From Eledone cirrhosa (Eukaryota): DNA of 64,000 nt. The stretch is taken from contig OZ024741.1 in the NCBI GenBank assembly GCA_964016885.1, positions 240,994,001-241,058,000 of the forward strand. Reading direction: 5' to 3'. Each line of letters starts with the position of its first letter. Positions within the stretch are counted from its first letter, which is position 1. A program made the translations under genes and the position numbers. The notes below the pieces were generated by a model. The model saw only the letters and a program-made list of their open reading frames with translations. It did no database searches and was not told where the DNA came from. Below are positions 39,806-54,874 of this stretch, piece by piece.

Positions 39806-40108
39806 CAATAGGATTAAAAGAAACATTTGTTTTAAGGGGATTTTCTCTGAAAAGATCTGAAAACACTTTAAAGCTTTTGAATTTCTTAAAAAGGATCTAC
39901 ACCATCTTTGCCACTCCACACATCTTCCTCTTCTCTACTCTAACACTTCTGTTTATACTCAGCTAAAATTGGATATATATGGAGATATACAGGTGTGTGT
40001 ATGTCTGTATTTCTCTGTGTGTGTCTGTGTGTGTATGTGTATTTGAGAGATGCTTGTATATAATGTATATTTGAAAAGCTGATGATTCATACCATTGTTA
40101 CTCAAACA

Positions 40109-40143
<35 letters not shown>

Positions 40144-40177
40144 GCGTGTGTGTGTATAAATGTTTATATATATATCA

Positions 40178-40939
<762 letters not shown>

Positions 40940-41175
40940 AAACACACGCACCAGTTGCTTTCACTTCAATTTATTATAAATTAAATTTATAAATTTCCGG
41001 TTGGTTGGTTGGTTCCACAACCAGACGATTGTTCATATATTGTCAAAGTTCTTTCGTCACACATTCTGTGACCTCTTCAGTGACTTGGGATTGTTTTCTT
41101 TGTTTTTGTGCCTCTCCTTTGTTCTGTTCTACGCCATCTTCTATATGCATATATATATATATGTATATGTATATA

Positions 41176-41259
<84 letters not shown>

Positions 41260-41426
41260 TATATATATATATTAATTCAAAATATTAACAAATATAAACA
41301 TTCGTGTGATCAAGTATATTTTATTATACATATTTCAGAGCTACTGAGCTATCTTTGACAGTAATTCAATCATGGCATGATTGAATTTTAACCATCTACT
41401 TAGTCAAGGTATGTCATGCATCATCT

Positions 41427-41493
41427 TATTTTATCTGATGAGGACGTACTGTCGAAGATAGCTCAGTACCTCTGAAATATGTATAATAAAATA
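41427..41493 (+). ncRNA. Type-I hammerhead ribozyme motif
   Basis: uauuuuau CUGAUGA ggacguacug...caguaccucu GAAA uaugua UA auaaaaua. Confidence 0.8.
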
Positions 41494-41630
41494 TACTTGA
41501 TCACACGAATGTCTATATTTGTTAATATTTTGAATTAATATTAATAATTCTGGAAAACCTACTGTGGAGTGCTTCTAATCTATTGTAAAACTTTATTCCT
41601 TGATTTATTCATTGAACCTTGTTTAACGTT

Positions 41631-41774
<144 letters not shown>

Positions 41775-41881
41775 AATGTTAAACAAGGTTTAATGAATAA
41801 ATCAAGGAATATATATATATATATATATACATATATATTAATCCAAAATATTAACAAAATAGATATTCTTGTGATCAATTA

Positions 41882-41948
41882 TATTTTATTATACATATTT
41901 CAGAGGTACTGAGTTAAGTTCAACAGTACATCCTCATCAGATAAAATA
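41882..41948 (-). ncRNA. Type-I hammerhead ribozyme motif
   Basis: tcatcag at 41934-41940 and tttc at 41898-41901 with the same stems. Confidence 0.8.
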
Positions 41949-42535
41949 AGATGATTGATGATATACCCTGACGTGTTTCGTAAATCCTTTAAATTTGTTT
42001 TCATAAAATTTGAATTTTAGAATTTAAACTTGATAGTATAATATAATATTAATACAAATACCTATTAACTTTTAAAACCTAAAATATTACTCATTACTCT
42101 GAAATAACTGAGATTGAATATTTTGAATGGTAACAGTCAACTAAATAAATTTAGATATATATATTGCATATATGGAAAATTGTCTATAAACTTGAACATA
42201 AATTACTCCCCTTTGTCTCTCTCTCTCTTTAATCATCTCTCATTTGTTTTTTCGAGCCACCTACTAAATATATTATCACATCAGCTGTTTCTTCCTCTAT
42301 GCTTTCCTTTCTTTCCTCTTTCTTCAGTAGTTTAAAAAAAAAAAAAATTTTTAACTGTTATATTTAAGCCATGTATTTTTTAAGCTGTATTACACGCACC
42401 CTCTCTATTGATTGTATTATATATTTTTCTCATGTTCTCAATATTAGCTATAAATATTGAGTTTTGTCATATGTTAATCACCACCATGACTGAATCTTAA
42501 CCATCTACTATGTCAGGGTATGTCATGCATCATCT

Positions 42536-42602
42536 TATTTTATCTGATGAGGACGTACTGTTGAACTTAAATCAGTACCTCTGAAATATGTATAATCAAA
42601 TA
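42536..42602 (+). ncRNA. Type-I hammerhead ribozyme motif
   Basis: CUGAUGA 42544-42550, GAAA 42583-42586; one mismatch in stem I. Confidence 0.75.
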
Positions 42603-42741
42603 TAATTGATCACAAGAATATCTATTTTGTTAATATTTTGAATTAATATTAATAACTCTGGAAAACATTTTTTCCGTTGAGTGCTTCCAATCTATTGTAA
42701 AACACATTCTTTGATGTATTCATTGAACCTTGTTTAACTTT

Positions 42742-42797
<56 letters not shown>

Positions 42798-42885
42798 AAG
42801 TAAACAGAAATAACAACACAAACAATAAAACAGTACAGTATATGGAAGGAATATATATATATATATATATATAAATGTATATGCA

Positions 42886-43045
42886 TAAAATTCCCGAGAT
42901 CCATGGACGAGTTCTCTCCAGCGGTCTCTGTCCCTCATTATCGCTGCCATGTCCTGCGTCTCCAACAGACCAGTGTCTGTCCTTAGCGCATCAACATACG
43001 TTAACCTTGGTCTTCCTCTTCTAGTGTGTCCATGTAGGGGCCCCC
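42886..43045 (-). mobile_element. 3' fragment of RTE-type LINE in (TA)n
   Basis: [46 protein letters not shown]. Confidence 0.8.
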
Positions 43046-43201
43046 TACATATATACATATATATATACATATATATATATATACATATATACATATATAC
43101 ATATATACATATATACATATATATACATATATATATATACATATATATATATACATATATGTATATATAATATATATATATACATAAATATATATATATA
43201 T

Positions 43202-43341
<140 letters not shown>

Positions 43342-43701
43342 GTGTTTGTGTGTGTGTGCATAAATTAATACACAAATAATTGTATATCCTACAAATGTGC
43401 AGACTAGAACTCAATACCTAAGGTGTCAAGAATTGTGTGGTAGACAAATTATTAAACTGTCCTATATATATATAAAGTTTCATAGTATATATATAGGTCA
43501 ATTAAGAATTTATGGGATTTATTTCATGCAAAGCATAAAGAATATGATGTGATGACAGAAAATTTCAAAATTTATTTATTGGTAAGTATAGGGATATAAA
43601 TGTATGAAGCAACAAAGCTGAAACTTTGAAGTCACTGCCACTTTTGGCTTCAGAAAATACATTCAGTTAATGTTTTACATACTACTGATTTTGTGTTTTA
43701 A

Positions 43702-43909
43702 CCCTTTAGTATTTAAACTGCTCATATCCGGCCAGAATTCTCTCACCTCTTTCTGTTCAAACCGGTTGTAACTGGTTGTTCATATTGATGTTAAAGTATT
43801 GTTCTCAAAATAAATAATATTAGAATCTCATGGATTCAATATTATGTGAGATAAAGCTTTTTCTGTTAAAATACAATAGTAAATATAGGGTAATGTGAAT
43901 GCTAAAGGG
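43702..43909. mobile_element. piggyBac-like MITE (208 bp)
   Basis: TTAA|ccctttag ... gctaaaggg|TTAA; partial related copy at ~44010-44107. Confidence 0.85.
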
Positions 43910-44124
43910 TTAAGGGAATGACATGGACCAATACTGTTTGGCACCAGTGATGTTTCTGGAAAAACTATAATGTAAAGGGTCAAAAGAGATAGCGCAATGT
44001 ATCTTAGATGAAGCTCTAACATATTTGATGCGATAATATGTGAGATAAGGCATTTGCCATGAAAATACAATAGTATATAAAGAGTAATGTAAATGTTAAA
44101 GAGTTAAATATCATCTCTAATATA

Positions 44125-44565
44125 CAGGGTGACCACAAAAACAATCCTTGATTTAAAATATTTATAATATGAAAACTTAAATGAATATTTTTACACTGCC
44201 ATCTTGCAGATCAAATCAATTCTGGAACTGAGGAAAGAAAATTTGTTAGTTTAGGCAACTGTAGCCACCAATATTGTAAGAATATTCATTTAGCCCTTTA
44301 GCATTTACATTACTCTATATATACTATTATATTTTCACAGTAAAGGATTTACCTCTTATAATTATCTCACATAATATCGAATCTATGAGATTTTGATATT
44401 ATTTATTTTGAGAATAATATCTTAACATCAGTATGAGTGGGCAGTTACAGCCACTTTGAACAGAAAGATGTGAGAGAATTCTGGTCGGATATGGCTGGTT
44501 TAAATGCTAAAGGGTTAAGTTTTGATAAGTATTTGGAATCAAGGAGTGTTTTTGTGGTCACCTTG
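44125..44565. mobile_element. Tc1/mariner-type MITE containing a nested piggyBac-like MITE (44294-44514)
   Basis: TA flanks; TIR cagggtgaccacaaaaacaatccttgatt / aatcaaggagtgtttttgtggtcaccttg; inner ccctttagc...gctaaaggg|TTAA. Confidence 0.85.
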
Positions 44566-44595
44566 TATACTAATAATAATTATAATAATAATAAT

Positions 44596-44900
44596 AATAA
44601 TTGTTTCTACTTTTGGCACAAGGCCAGCAATTAACCCAGTGCATTACTGGTATTTTATTTTATCGACCCCGTAAGAAAGGCAAAGTTAGCCTGAGCGGGA
44701 TTTGAACTCAGACCATAAAGGGGCATAACTCTATGCTGCAAAGCATGGCGTCCGACCCTCTACCGATACTGTCAATCTAAATAACAATAATAATTTCTGA
44801 TTTAGGCGCAAGGCCAACAATTTTGGGGGAGGAGAAAGTCGATTGAATCGACCCCAGTGTGTTACTGGCGCTTTATTTTATTAACCCCGTAAGGATGAAA
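44596..44900 (-). mobile_element. SINE family A, full copy plus truncated long variant
   Basis: Family motifs. Confidence 0.88.
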
Positions 44901-45099
44901 GTTTAGCAGAAAAATAATATTATACCTACATGGCATAATATTAATAATAAAGAATATATGTTATTGTTGTTATTTGTTATAGTGAGAAATGTAAGGTTTG
45001 TTAAGTGAGGGAGAGGCAAAGTTAGTCATACAGTGACTGTTTGTTGTAATAGTTGTAGTTCATTGTAGGCTTTGTAGAAAATATTATGAGACTTTATAA

Positions 45100-45440
45100 T
45101 ATTTTACAAGCTTTATTTACAACCGACCACAAAAGTTAAGCTGGGCTGACAAGTCAAAGAAAAGAACAAACAAAATTAAGAGTTTTAAGAAGTAAAGAAA
45201 AAGGCACTGTGCCGGGCCAAACGAGGCCGACAGGCTAAAGTGAAAATCTCACCGTTACATAATTGCCAGTTGACCTTTCAGTGTCCAAAGCATCAAGAGA
45301 GCAATTTTTGAATCGCTGCGTGAATTTTTCCCTCTGGGCTGAAGTCGAGATACATTCTCCTACACTGGTAGAGATTAGCTGAACTGAGCCAAACACCGTA
45401 CGGAGAATGTATCCATGAGTCCTCAGAATGTAGGTCACTA
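45100..45440 (-). mobile_element. Unclassified dispersed repeat, probably a LINE 3' end
   Basis: ~70 bp recur at 49878-49948; open frame ending then U-rich UTR and aataaa on minus. Confidence 0.45.
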
Positions 45441-45705
45441 CAAAAGGAAAAGCTAACATCGGCGGGATTTGAACTCAGAATGTAAAGGGCCATATCTCTC
45501 TGCTGTGAAGCATGGTATCTGGCGCTCTACTGATAATAATAATAATAATAATTGTTTCTACTTTTGGCACAAGGCCAGCAATTACCCAGTACGTTACTGG
45601 TACTTTATTTTATCGACCCAGTAAGGATGAAAGGCAAAGTTAACTTTGGCGGAATTTGAACTCAGAATGGAAAGGGCCGTAACTCTATGCGTCAAAGAAT
45701 GGCGT
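45440..45705 (-). mobile_element. Two SINE family A copies (one head only, one near full)
   Basis: Family motifs. Confidence 0.85.
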
Positions 45706-45724
45706 TATTATAGATATAATATTA

Positions 45725-45858
45725 AGGGACTATTCAGAGCTGAGAGTAGAAACAGCTAGGTTGTAGATTGTGTCAGCAAGGGTGATTCCTATTGTTATTG
45801 GTGCACTGGGATTGATGCCAAAGAAATTAGAGAAGAAACTGGAAGAAGTTGGAATACA
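45725..45858 (+). mobile_element. R4/Dong-type LINE restriction-like endonuclease fragment
   Basis: DYSELRVETARL*IVSARVIPIVIGALGLMPKKLEKKLEEVGI matches the V.PIVIGALG motif. Confidence 0.7.
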
Positions 45859-46258
45859 TGCTGCATGGCAGTGAAACATGGGCTGTCACTGCTGGAGGCA
45901 TGCATAGACTAGAGAGAAATGAAGAAACCATGCTTCGTTAGATGTGCAATGAAAGTGTGAGAGAAAGGCAGAGCTTTAATGGGCTGAGGGAGAAGCTGGG
46001 TTTAAGGGGAATCTGATGACTGAGGTGGAATGAACATGTAATGTGCATGACCACTAGGTGAAGAAATGCTAGGAAATCCCAGTAGAAGGCAGCCTCAGTA
46101 GAAGTAGACCAAGAAAGACCTGGCCAGAGGTTGTGAGAACTGATCTCAAATTGTGAGAGCTGACGAAGGATTGCGACGAGCTGAGAGATGCTGTGCTGAG
46201 AAAGACACATCCAACCCATGCTACCATGGAAAAATGGATGGAAAAACGATGCTGATGA
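45858..46258 (+). mobile_element. Decayed RTE 3' fragment
   Basis: MLHGSETWAV...HRLERNEETMLR, RPRKTW, tail stem-loop. Confidence 0.85.
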
Positions 46259-46282
46259 TATACATATATATAAATGTATGTA

Positions 46283-46712
46283 TAATATTAATTCAAAATA
46301 TTAATAAATATAGAAATTCACGTAATCAAAATATATTTTATTATATATATTTCGGAGGTACTGTGCTGTTTTTTCAGTACGTCCTCATCAGATAAAATAT
46401 ATAAATTGATGTATGACATACCTCAACTGTGCTGATGGTTCAATTTCACTCTGCCAAGACTGGAATTGAACCATCAGCACAGTTGAGGTATGTCATACAT
46501 CAATTTATATATTTTATCTGATGAGGACGTACTGAAAAAAAAGCACAGTACCTCCGAAATATATATAATAAAATATATTTTGATTATGCTGAATGTCTAT
46601 ATTTATTAATATTTTGAATTAATATTAATAACTCTAGAAAACTTTCTTGTTGAGTGCTTTTAATCTATTGTAAAACTATATTCATTGATTAATCAATGAA
46701 CCTTGTTTAACT
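46283..46712. mobile_element. PLE pLTR fold-back: ~163-bp near-perfect hairpin (46283-46445 / 46464-46627)
   Basis: Same family as 41263-42738; hammerhead in each arm. Confidence 0.85.
46509..46576 (+). ncRNA. Type-I hammerhead ribozyme motif (mirror copy on minus at ~46333-46400)
   Basis: auauuuuau CUGAUGA ggacguacug...caguaccucc GAAA uauaua UA auaaaauau; palindromic stem III. Confidence 0.85.
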
Positions 46713-46804
46713 TTTGGTCATATATGTATGTATACATATATATATATATCATCATCGTTTTTCCATCCATTATATGTATATATATGTGTGTGTATGTTTA
46801 TGTA

Positions 46805-46874
<70 letters not shown>

Positions 46875-46887
46875 CATACATAAACAT

Positions 46888-46939
<52 letters not shown>

Positions 46940-47486
46940 GAGTGTGTGGGTATGTGTATCTGAGGGGAAGTATGAAAGAAATAAAAAAGAAAGAGAGAAA
47001 TCAAGGAAGAGAGAAGGGGAGCAGAAAGAGGAGATTGAACAAGGGAGGGGTGTATAAAAGGGAATAAAGCTGGTTTATTAAGGATTTAAAACAAATATAA
47101 ACTGAAGTGTCCTAACAACAACAACAACAACAACAACAACAAATTTGCATTTAATAATTTAAAATAGAAAACTTTCAACGAAAAATTCTAACACTTTCAT
47201 ATTTACGTATGAAAGACATTTTGTTCAAAGCATACCTAAAAACACAAACACTGCACTTCACAACACGCACAGATATAAATATGCATACACAAATTCAAAT
47301 ATGCGTGTGCACACCCAAACAAGCCCCACACCTCACACTCATGTATAAACATACATTCATATATAAACACAACTTACTCAAATAGAATATCAGACACATA
47401 CACTTACTCACACACACAGAGATGCACACTATATGTATCCACACACTTACTCAAACAAACAGATGCCCCCCCCCCCCCCCCCACCC

Positions 47487-47536
<50 letters not shown>

Positions 47537-47774
47537 CCAAGCATACATAGATATACACACATAACTACCAATAACATTTTAAAAAGAATTGTGCAAGACA
47601 AATTTATACACAGACATACACATATGCACACATACACACACATACACACACACACATGTATAAATATATACACAACTACCAATAAAATATTTAATGGAAC
47701 ACAGTGTTAAGACAACCTCCACATATATATCTATATACTCACACGCATATACACATATACACACACACACACAC

Positions 47775-47819
<45 letters not shown>

Positions 47820-48134
47820 GCTACTAATAAAATATTTACAAGAACAAACACAGTGTAAAAAGTTTGCTGTAGAAAACTGGCTGAGGATTTGAAATTTTAA
47901 TCAAGTTTCAGCTTTAGTTTATGTGTTAATATCATAATGGTGTATTGGGGTGAGAGTGTATAGAATAATAGGCTTTAGTTGAGGACTGAGGTTGGATGGG
48001 GAGGTGTGGTCTGTTGGAAAAACATTGGGGTTGGTGATGGGGGCAGGGCTGGGATAGACAGTGGTGATGGTGGGTTATAAAGGGCAAAATGTGGAGAGAT
48101 GGGGCAGATATATACATATGTATCTGTGTGTGTG

Positions 48135-48167
<33 letters not shown>

Positions 48168-48363
48168 GTATATATATATGTGTATATATATATATGTATA
48201 TATATATGTGTATATACAGGGAGAGAGAGAGAGAGACAGAAAGAAACAGAGACAGATGGACGGACACTCACATATATGTATATTCATATATATATATATA
48301 TACATATATATTCATATATATATACATATATATTCATATATATATATATATACATATATATTC

Positions 48364-48432
<69 letters not shown>

Positions 48433-48470
48433 TATATTCATATATATATACATATATATATATATATATT

Positions 48471-48524
<54 letters not shown>

Positions 48525-48530
48525 TATGTG

Positions 48531-48650
<120 letters not shown>

Positions 48651-48722
48651 TACACACATAGAGTGGGAGTTAGCAGTACAGAGAGGCTGGCGAACAGGTA
48701 AACAGACATATAGATGGACATG

Positions 48723-48756
<34 letters not shown>

Positions 48757-48774
48757 AACACACACACATACACA

Positions 48775-48814
<40 letters not shown>

Positions 48815-49124
48815 TATATATATAGCGAGAAAGAGAGATAGTAAGATAGTAGAGAGATGGAAGATTGTATTAGGTAAGGTGAGGTCTGTAGTTTAGAAGA
48901 AGAATCTGTTTAACCACAACACATAGAAGACGATGGAGGGAGAAAGAGAGTGAGGGTATGAGAGTGAGAATAGAAGTAAGAGAGAGAGAGAGAAAGGTGT
49001 TAGAAATAGAGTGGTGGGGTGAGGTAGAAATGGAAGGCCTGTAGGTGAGATATGTGGCAACTATTTTGATTTAATATTCACCTAATCTTCAAATTTATCA
49101 ACAGATTCTGTCTCAATTTAGAAC

Positions 49125-49663
49125 ATCCACATACATACAGACAAACACGCACATACACACATACACACACACACCACATACACACACACATACACACCAC
49201 ATCACACACACACACACACACATCAAATCCCACCACATCCACACACACACACATACACACCACATCAAATCCCACCACATCCACACACACACACATACAC
49301 ACACACACATGCCGCATCACATCCCACCACATCCACACACACACACCACATCACATCCACCCACACACACACACACATACACCACATCACTTCCCACCAC
49401 ATCCACACACACACACCACATCACATCCACACCGATACACACACACCACATCACATACACACACACACACACACAGACACCACATCACATCCCACCACAT
49501 CCACACACACACATACACACACACATACACACCACATCACATCCCACCACATCCACACACACATACACACCACATCACATCCACACCGATACACACACCA
49601 CATCACATACACACACACACATACATACCACATCACATCCACACCGATACACACACACCACAT

Positions 49664-49700
<37 letters not shown>

Positions 49701-49850
49701 CACATCACATCCCACCACATCCACACACATACACACATACACACACACATACACACCACATCACATCCCACCACATCCACACACACACACATGCATACAC
49801 ACAAACATTAACATCACATCATACCACACATACACACGTCACACCAAACA
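49125..49850. repeat. Complex CA-rich tandem repeat (caccacatcacatcccaccacatc + (CA)n units)
   Basis: Direct reading. Confidence 0.9.
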
Positions 49851-50659
49851 CACATTCTCTGTCATTGACACTCATACGTAAAGAAAAAGGCAGTGTGCCG
49901 GGCCAAACGAGACCGACAGGCCAAAGTGAAAATCTCACCGTTACATAAGGCTATATATTTATGTATATATGTGTGTGTGTATGTTCATATACATATGTGT
50001 GTGCATATATATAAGTTTATATATATATATATATATAAACATAAATACATACATATATATACACACATAAAAATAAGCACAGACACACACTTATGTGTAT
50101 ATATATTATACATATACATATGTATGTGCGTTTATATATATAAGCCAAATCAGTTCCTGTATGAGCAAGGCATGGTCAGCCGACCAGACACTGCCCACAA
50201 CAGGACAACCCGTCTAACCCATGCTAGCATGGAAGAACGGACGTAAAACGGTGATGATGATGATGATGATATATGTGTATTTTCATATACACCCCTATTA
50301 TGCTTAAACACTCTCTTAGTGTTACTGCCAATTAACTTTAACCAGCCAAGTTCATACTATATGCAAATGACCATTGCCAGTAAATGTTCATCATGCAAAA
50401 TTCTATTTAGACTCTAATCTATTTCCATACAAGTACAAGTTTATTGAGTGTCATTGATGAAAGATTAATAAATCTTGAAAGAACATTGTCTAGGATTCTC
50501 AACATTATTGGTAACTCTGATATATTCACAGAGGAAAACAGAGAAAAACAAAATTTTTACATTAGAAAAAATATTTTTCATTGATGGTGAGGTTACCCAT
50601 ATGTTTATTGTATACAAATGTATAGTATATGTTTATATATACATCCCTTTCATATATAT

Positions 50660-50900
50660 AACTTGAACCGTTAAGATCTTCTTCCTGGATATGTCAATAT
50701 TTATAAAACAAACTTTGTATTTTATCTGATAAGAGCGTACCAAAGTTTTGGTACCCTTGAAGTATATATAATAGAATAAATATGGTTTTATAAATATAGT
50801 CTCCATTTATTTAATATCATTGAATATTCTACTCCAGAAAACTTGTCGAGTGATTCAAATCAGTTATAAACATTTATATTTATTGAATTACCAACAAATT
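50660..50900 (+). mobile_element. Old PLE pLTR remnant with decayed hammerhead (50718-50776)
   Basis: ttttat CTGATAA gagcgtacc...ggtaccctt GAAG tatata TA atagaa; flanks resemble the 41365-41632 family. Confidence 0.55.
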
Positions 50901-50914
50901 AAATATCCCTTTTG

Positions 50915-50957
<43 letters not shown>

Positions 50958-50961
<4 letters not shown>

Positions 50962-51656
50962 GACTTGCATAGATTAGAAAGAAACAAAGCCTGCATGCTC
51001 AGATGGATGTGTAATAGTAATATACGCGAACGGCAAAGCATAAAGGAATTGAGAGAGAGACTGAGCATAAGAGGAATCAAACGCTGTGTGCAGGAGAGGC
51101 GGTTGCGTTGGTGTGGACATATGATGCGTATGAAGGATGACAGCTGCATAAAAAGGTGCAGAGCACTAGAAGTTGATGGAAACCGCGGAGTAGGGAGACC
51201 CAAGAAGACCTGGGATGAGGTGATAAAAGCCGACCTTACCCAATTACACCTCTCAAAGGCGATGACACACGATCGTGACCTCTGGTGTCAAGCAGTAATA
51301 CAGAGTACCCGACCTCCTATGGGTACAAGCCGAAGCTGAAGCATATAGATAATATGCCCCCACACCCTCCCACTGCAAAGTGTTCGTGGAGGTGCCATGG
51401 CAAAAAAGCACCCAGCCCACACTGTAAAGTGGACGTGTAGGCACCACGGAAAAAAAAGCACCCAGCACTCACTGTAAATGAGGTTGGTGTTAGGAAGAGC
51501 ATCCAGCTGTAGAAATCAAGCCAGAATCAGTTCCTGTATGAGCAAGACAAGGTCAGCCGAGCAGACACTGCCCACAACAGGACAACCCATCTAACCCATG
51601 CTAGCATGGAAGAACGGACGTAAAACGGTGATGATGATGATGATGATGATGATGAT
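50958..51656 (+). mobile_element. RTE LINE 3' fragment with complete 3' UTR
   Basis: HRLERNKACMLRWMCN...RLRWCGHMMR...GRPKKTW...DRDLW; 3' UTR shared with SINE-B; separate tail copy at ~50145-50270. Confidence 0.92.
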
Positions 51657-52919
51657 ATATATATTTAAGAGTCAAGATCCAATCGCATAATCAAACCCTA
51701 GCTGATCAATATGGAAACAATTTGTAATGTGTAATAAAGTTTACAAAATGCTGCAATTCTTATTGTCACTTTATATATATATATACTTTATATATATATA
51801 CTTGTTTATGTTGACTAACCAGGGTTTGCTTGTAACATTCCAATCAGTAAATGCTGCAATTTCATGTCTATCCTTCCAAATCCAAGTTGGTTTTCTATAA
51901 CAGATTATACATACAATAATAATGATTGTGAAGGCCAGTTGTAGATATTCACGATTAATTTTATTCATAATATGCCATAATATATATTTCGGTGGCATTA
52001 ATAGTTACGTAATGCTGCTATCACTCACCCAGTAACATGACTTCATCAGACAGCAGCTTACTAAATATACTTGAATATAAACCAACCCCTATTTTATGTC
52101 TGAGAAATGGATAAAAATCCAAACCCTATTTATAAGCTAAGGTCGCTGATCCAGACACTATGTTTAGATGGCTTGGTTTTAAAATTCTCATGAGTATAAA
52201 ATGAGTGTGGTTTAGAGCATAGATTTTGTTTCACAACTCTATTACATAATGCTCTTTTACCATTTCATCCATTTTATTGTTTCAACAAATTTCACAATTT
52301 TTTTTTACTTCCAGCCACTCACATTTTGAAAGGAGTTGAAAGCAAGAGAACAAATATGAGAACTTTGTATAGGGACACATAGATTAGAAAGGGATGGAGG
52401 GATAGCAAGTATGGGACTGAGAGAAGGGAGTGAGAGTGAGAGTAATAAAACACAAGTCAGAAGTAAGATTTTAATTTTACATAACATTGAAAGAAAAAAA
52501 AGTATTATTATTAAATCAGAGTATAACAGTCTGTATGTGTGTGTGTATATATGTGTGTGTGTGTGTGTGCATGTTTATTTCTGTGCATGCGTGCATTTAT
52601 GTGTGTGTGTGAGTGGATGTAAGCATATATGCATCTGCACATATGTGTGCATGTATGTGCAGTGGATATTTATTTATTAAAATGTTCAAATTATAAAAAC
52701 TTGTTGGAAATATATTCAAAGGAATGCATAAGTAACAACAATGATGATGTAATAAAGGCGGAAAAACAGTGTTTCATGGTAAAATAATCACTCCAGATAT
52801 TTCAGCACATTATATTCGTAGAATTTAAAGATGGTGAAAATTGTAAAAATATTGACCACAAATATAAGCCAAATCACCATTTTACCATAAATTCTTTTTT
52901 GTCACATATTTTCAGCTCA

Positions 52920-52984
<65 letters not shown>

Positions 52985-53142
52985 TAAGTAATAAGGTTGT
53001 TACATAACATTTCTAATGCAATACAAGCTATCAGCCGTATTCTATTTTATATATATATATATACATATAAGTAGTGGAGGTGCATTCACAGATGGTATGC
53101 CAAGATGAGCACTCGATGCTCTTGGAGAGCAGAGTATCAATG

Positions 53143-53352
53143 ATAATAAATAGAGTACAAAGAATCAGTATTGCATCAGATGCATATTTATTTACGTATT
53201 ACACATGTTTCACTGCTGGTTAGCTCGAGGAACGATTGAATAATGTTCGTTCCTGACTCTGGAATTGGAAGCTCCTCAGACATGTGTTCTCAGTGAAACA
53301 TATGTAATATGTATATGATGCAATACTGATACTTTGTTCCCTATTTATTATT
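53143..53352. repeat. Imperfect inverted repeat (~65-70 bp arms)
   Basis: aataaatag...cagtattgcatc...tattacacatgtttcactg / cagtgaaacatatgtaata...gatgcaatactg...ctatttatt. Confidence 0.8.
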
Positions 53353-53364
53353 ATTATTATCATA

Positions 53365-53557
53365 GGGCGGTGAATTGGCAGTATCGGTAGAGGGTTGGAC
53401 GCCATGCTTTCCAGCATAGTTACGTCCCTTTACAGTCTGAGTTCAAATCCCGCCGAGGTTAACTTTGCCTTTCATCCTTACGGGGTCGATAAAATAAAGT
53501 ACCAGTAATGTACTGGGTAATTGCTGGCCTTGTTCCTAAAGTAGAAACAATTATTAT
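53365..53557 (+). mobile_element. SINE family A, full length
   Basis: gggcggtgaattggcagtatcggtag head, B box, body, (ATT)n tail. Confidence 0.92.
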
Positions 53558-53701
53558 CATATAATATAATATCCTATATATATATTGTAATATTATATAT
53601 ATATATATATATATAGTAATAATAATAAATTTGAAGACTAAAATCCAAAGAGGGCTCGATAAGGATAAATATATATCAAATATATAAGAACCGTAGAGCA
53701 A

Positions 53702-53812
53702 ATATTTATTAAAATAACAGATTAAAGTTTAAGCAAAGAATCGCTGCTATCCTGTTAAGGGTGAAAGCAGCGATTCTTTGCTTAAACTTTAATCTGTTAT
53801 TTTAATAAATAT
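53702..53812. repeat. Perfect 47-bp inverted repeat with 17-nt loop
   Basis: atatttattaaaataacag...gaatcgctgct / agcagcgattc...ctgttattttaataaatat. Confidence 0.92.
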
Positions 53813-53861
53813 CATATATATATATATATAATATAATGTTATATATATAATTTAATATATA

Positions 53862-54240
53862 TCTTATCTATAAATATAAAGTTGTAGTTCCTGTCTGTTT
53901 GTTTGTTCACGAACTCCTCCTATGGTTTTGGAGATAGACCCCCATAACTATATATATTCTGAAACTACATTGCCCAGGGTACTTGGATAAGTATATTTCA
54001 TTTTAATCAAAGGGTTCCCGGGGGCACAAACCCCTGCTGAAAACCCCCGCTGAATATTTTATATGAAATTTAAACCATAGGTAAATGACAGGTATTCACA
54101 AAATTTCAGCAAACTTCAATAATATTAAGACACCCTATTGGAGTTTTTCTCCATAAATTATATCACTGATTTAAAATCAATCATCATTTTCTTTCAAAAA
54201 AAATGTGTGAAACGCAGCAGGCCGCGGGTAATTCGGCTAG
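53862..54240 (+). mobile_element. Short non-autonomous Helitron
   Basis: A|TC start (atctataaatataaag...ctgtctgtttgtttgtt), GC-rich cgcagcaggccgcgg hairpin, CTAG|T end, within (TA)n. Confidence 0.75.
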
Positions 54241-54321
54241 TATAATATAATATTATATATATAATATAATATAATATAATATATATATAATATTATATAT
54301 ATATTATATTATATATATAAT

Positions 54322-54511
54322 ATAATTGTTTCTACTTTAGGCACAAGGCCAGCAATTACCCAGTGCATTACTGGTACTTTATTTTATCGACCCCGTTAGG
54401 ATGAAAGGCGAAGTCAACCTCGGTGTGATTTGAACTCAGATCGTAAAGGGACGTAACTATGCTGGAAAGCATGGCGTCCAACCCTCTACAGATACTGCCA
54501 ATCCACCACCC
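54322..54511 (-). mobile_element. SINE family A
   Basis: Full copy. Confidence 0.9.
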
Positions 54512-54536
54512 TTATATATAATATAATATATATATA

Positions 54537-54874
<338 letters not shown>

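Noticed and set aside
52030-52055. CUGAUGA on minus as another hammerhead
   Set aside because: No downstream GAAA or closing stems
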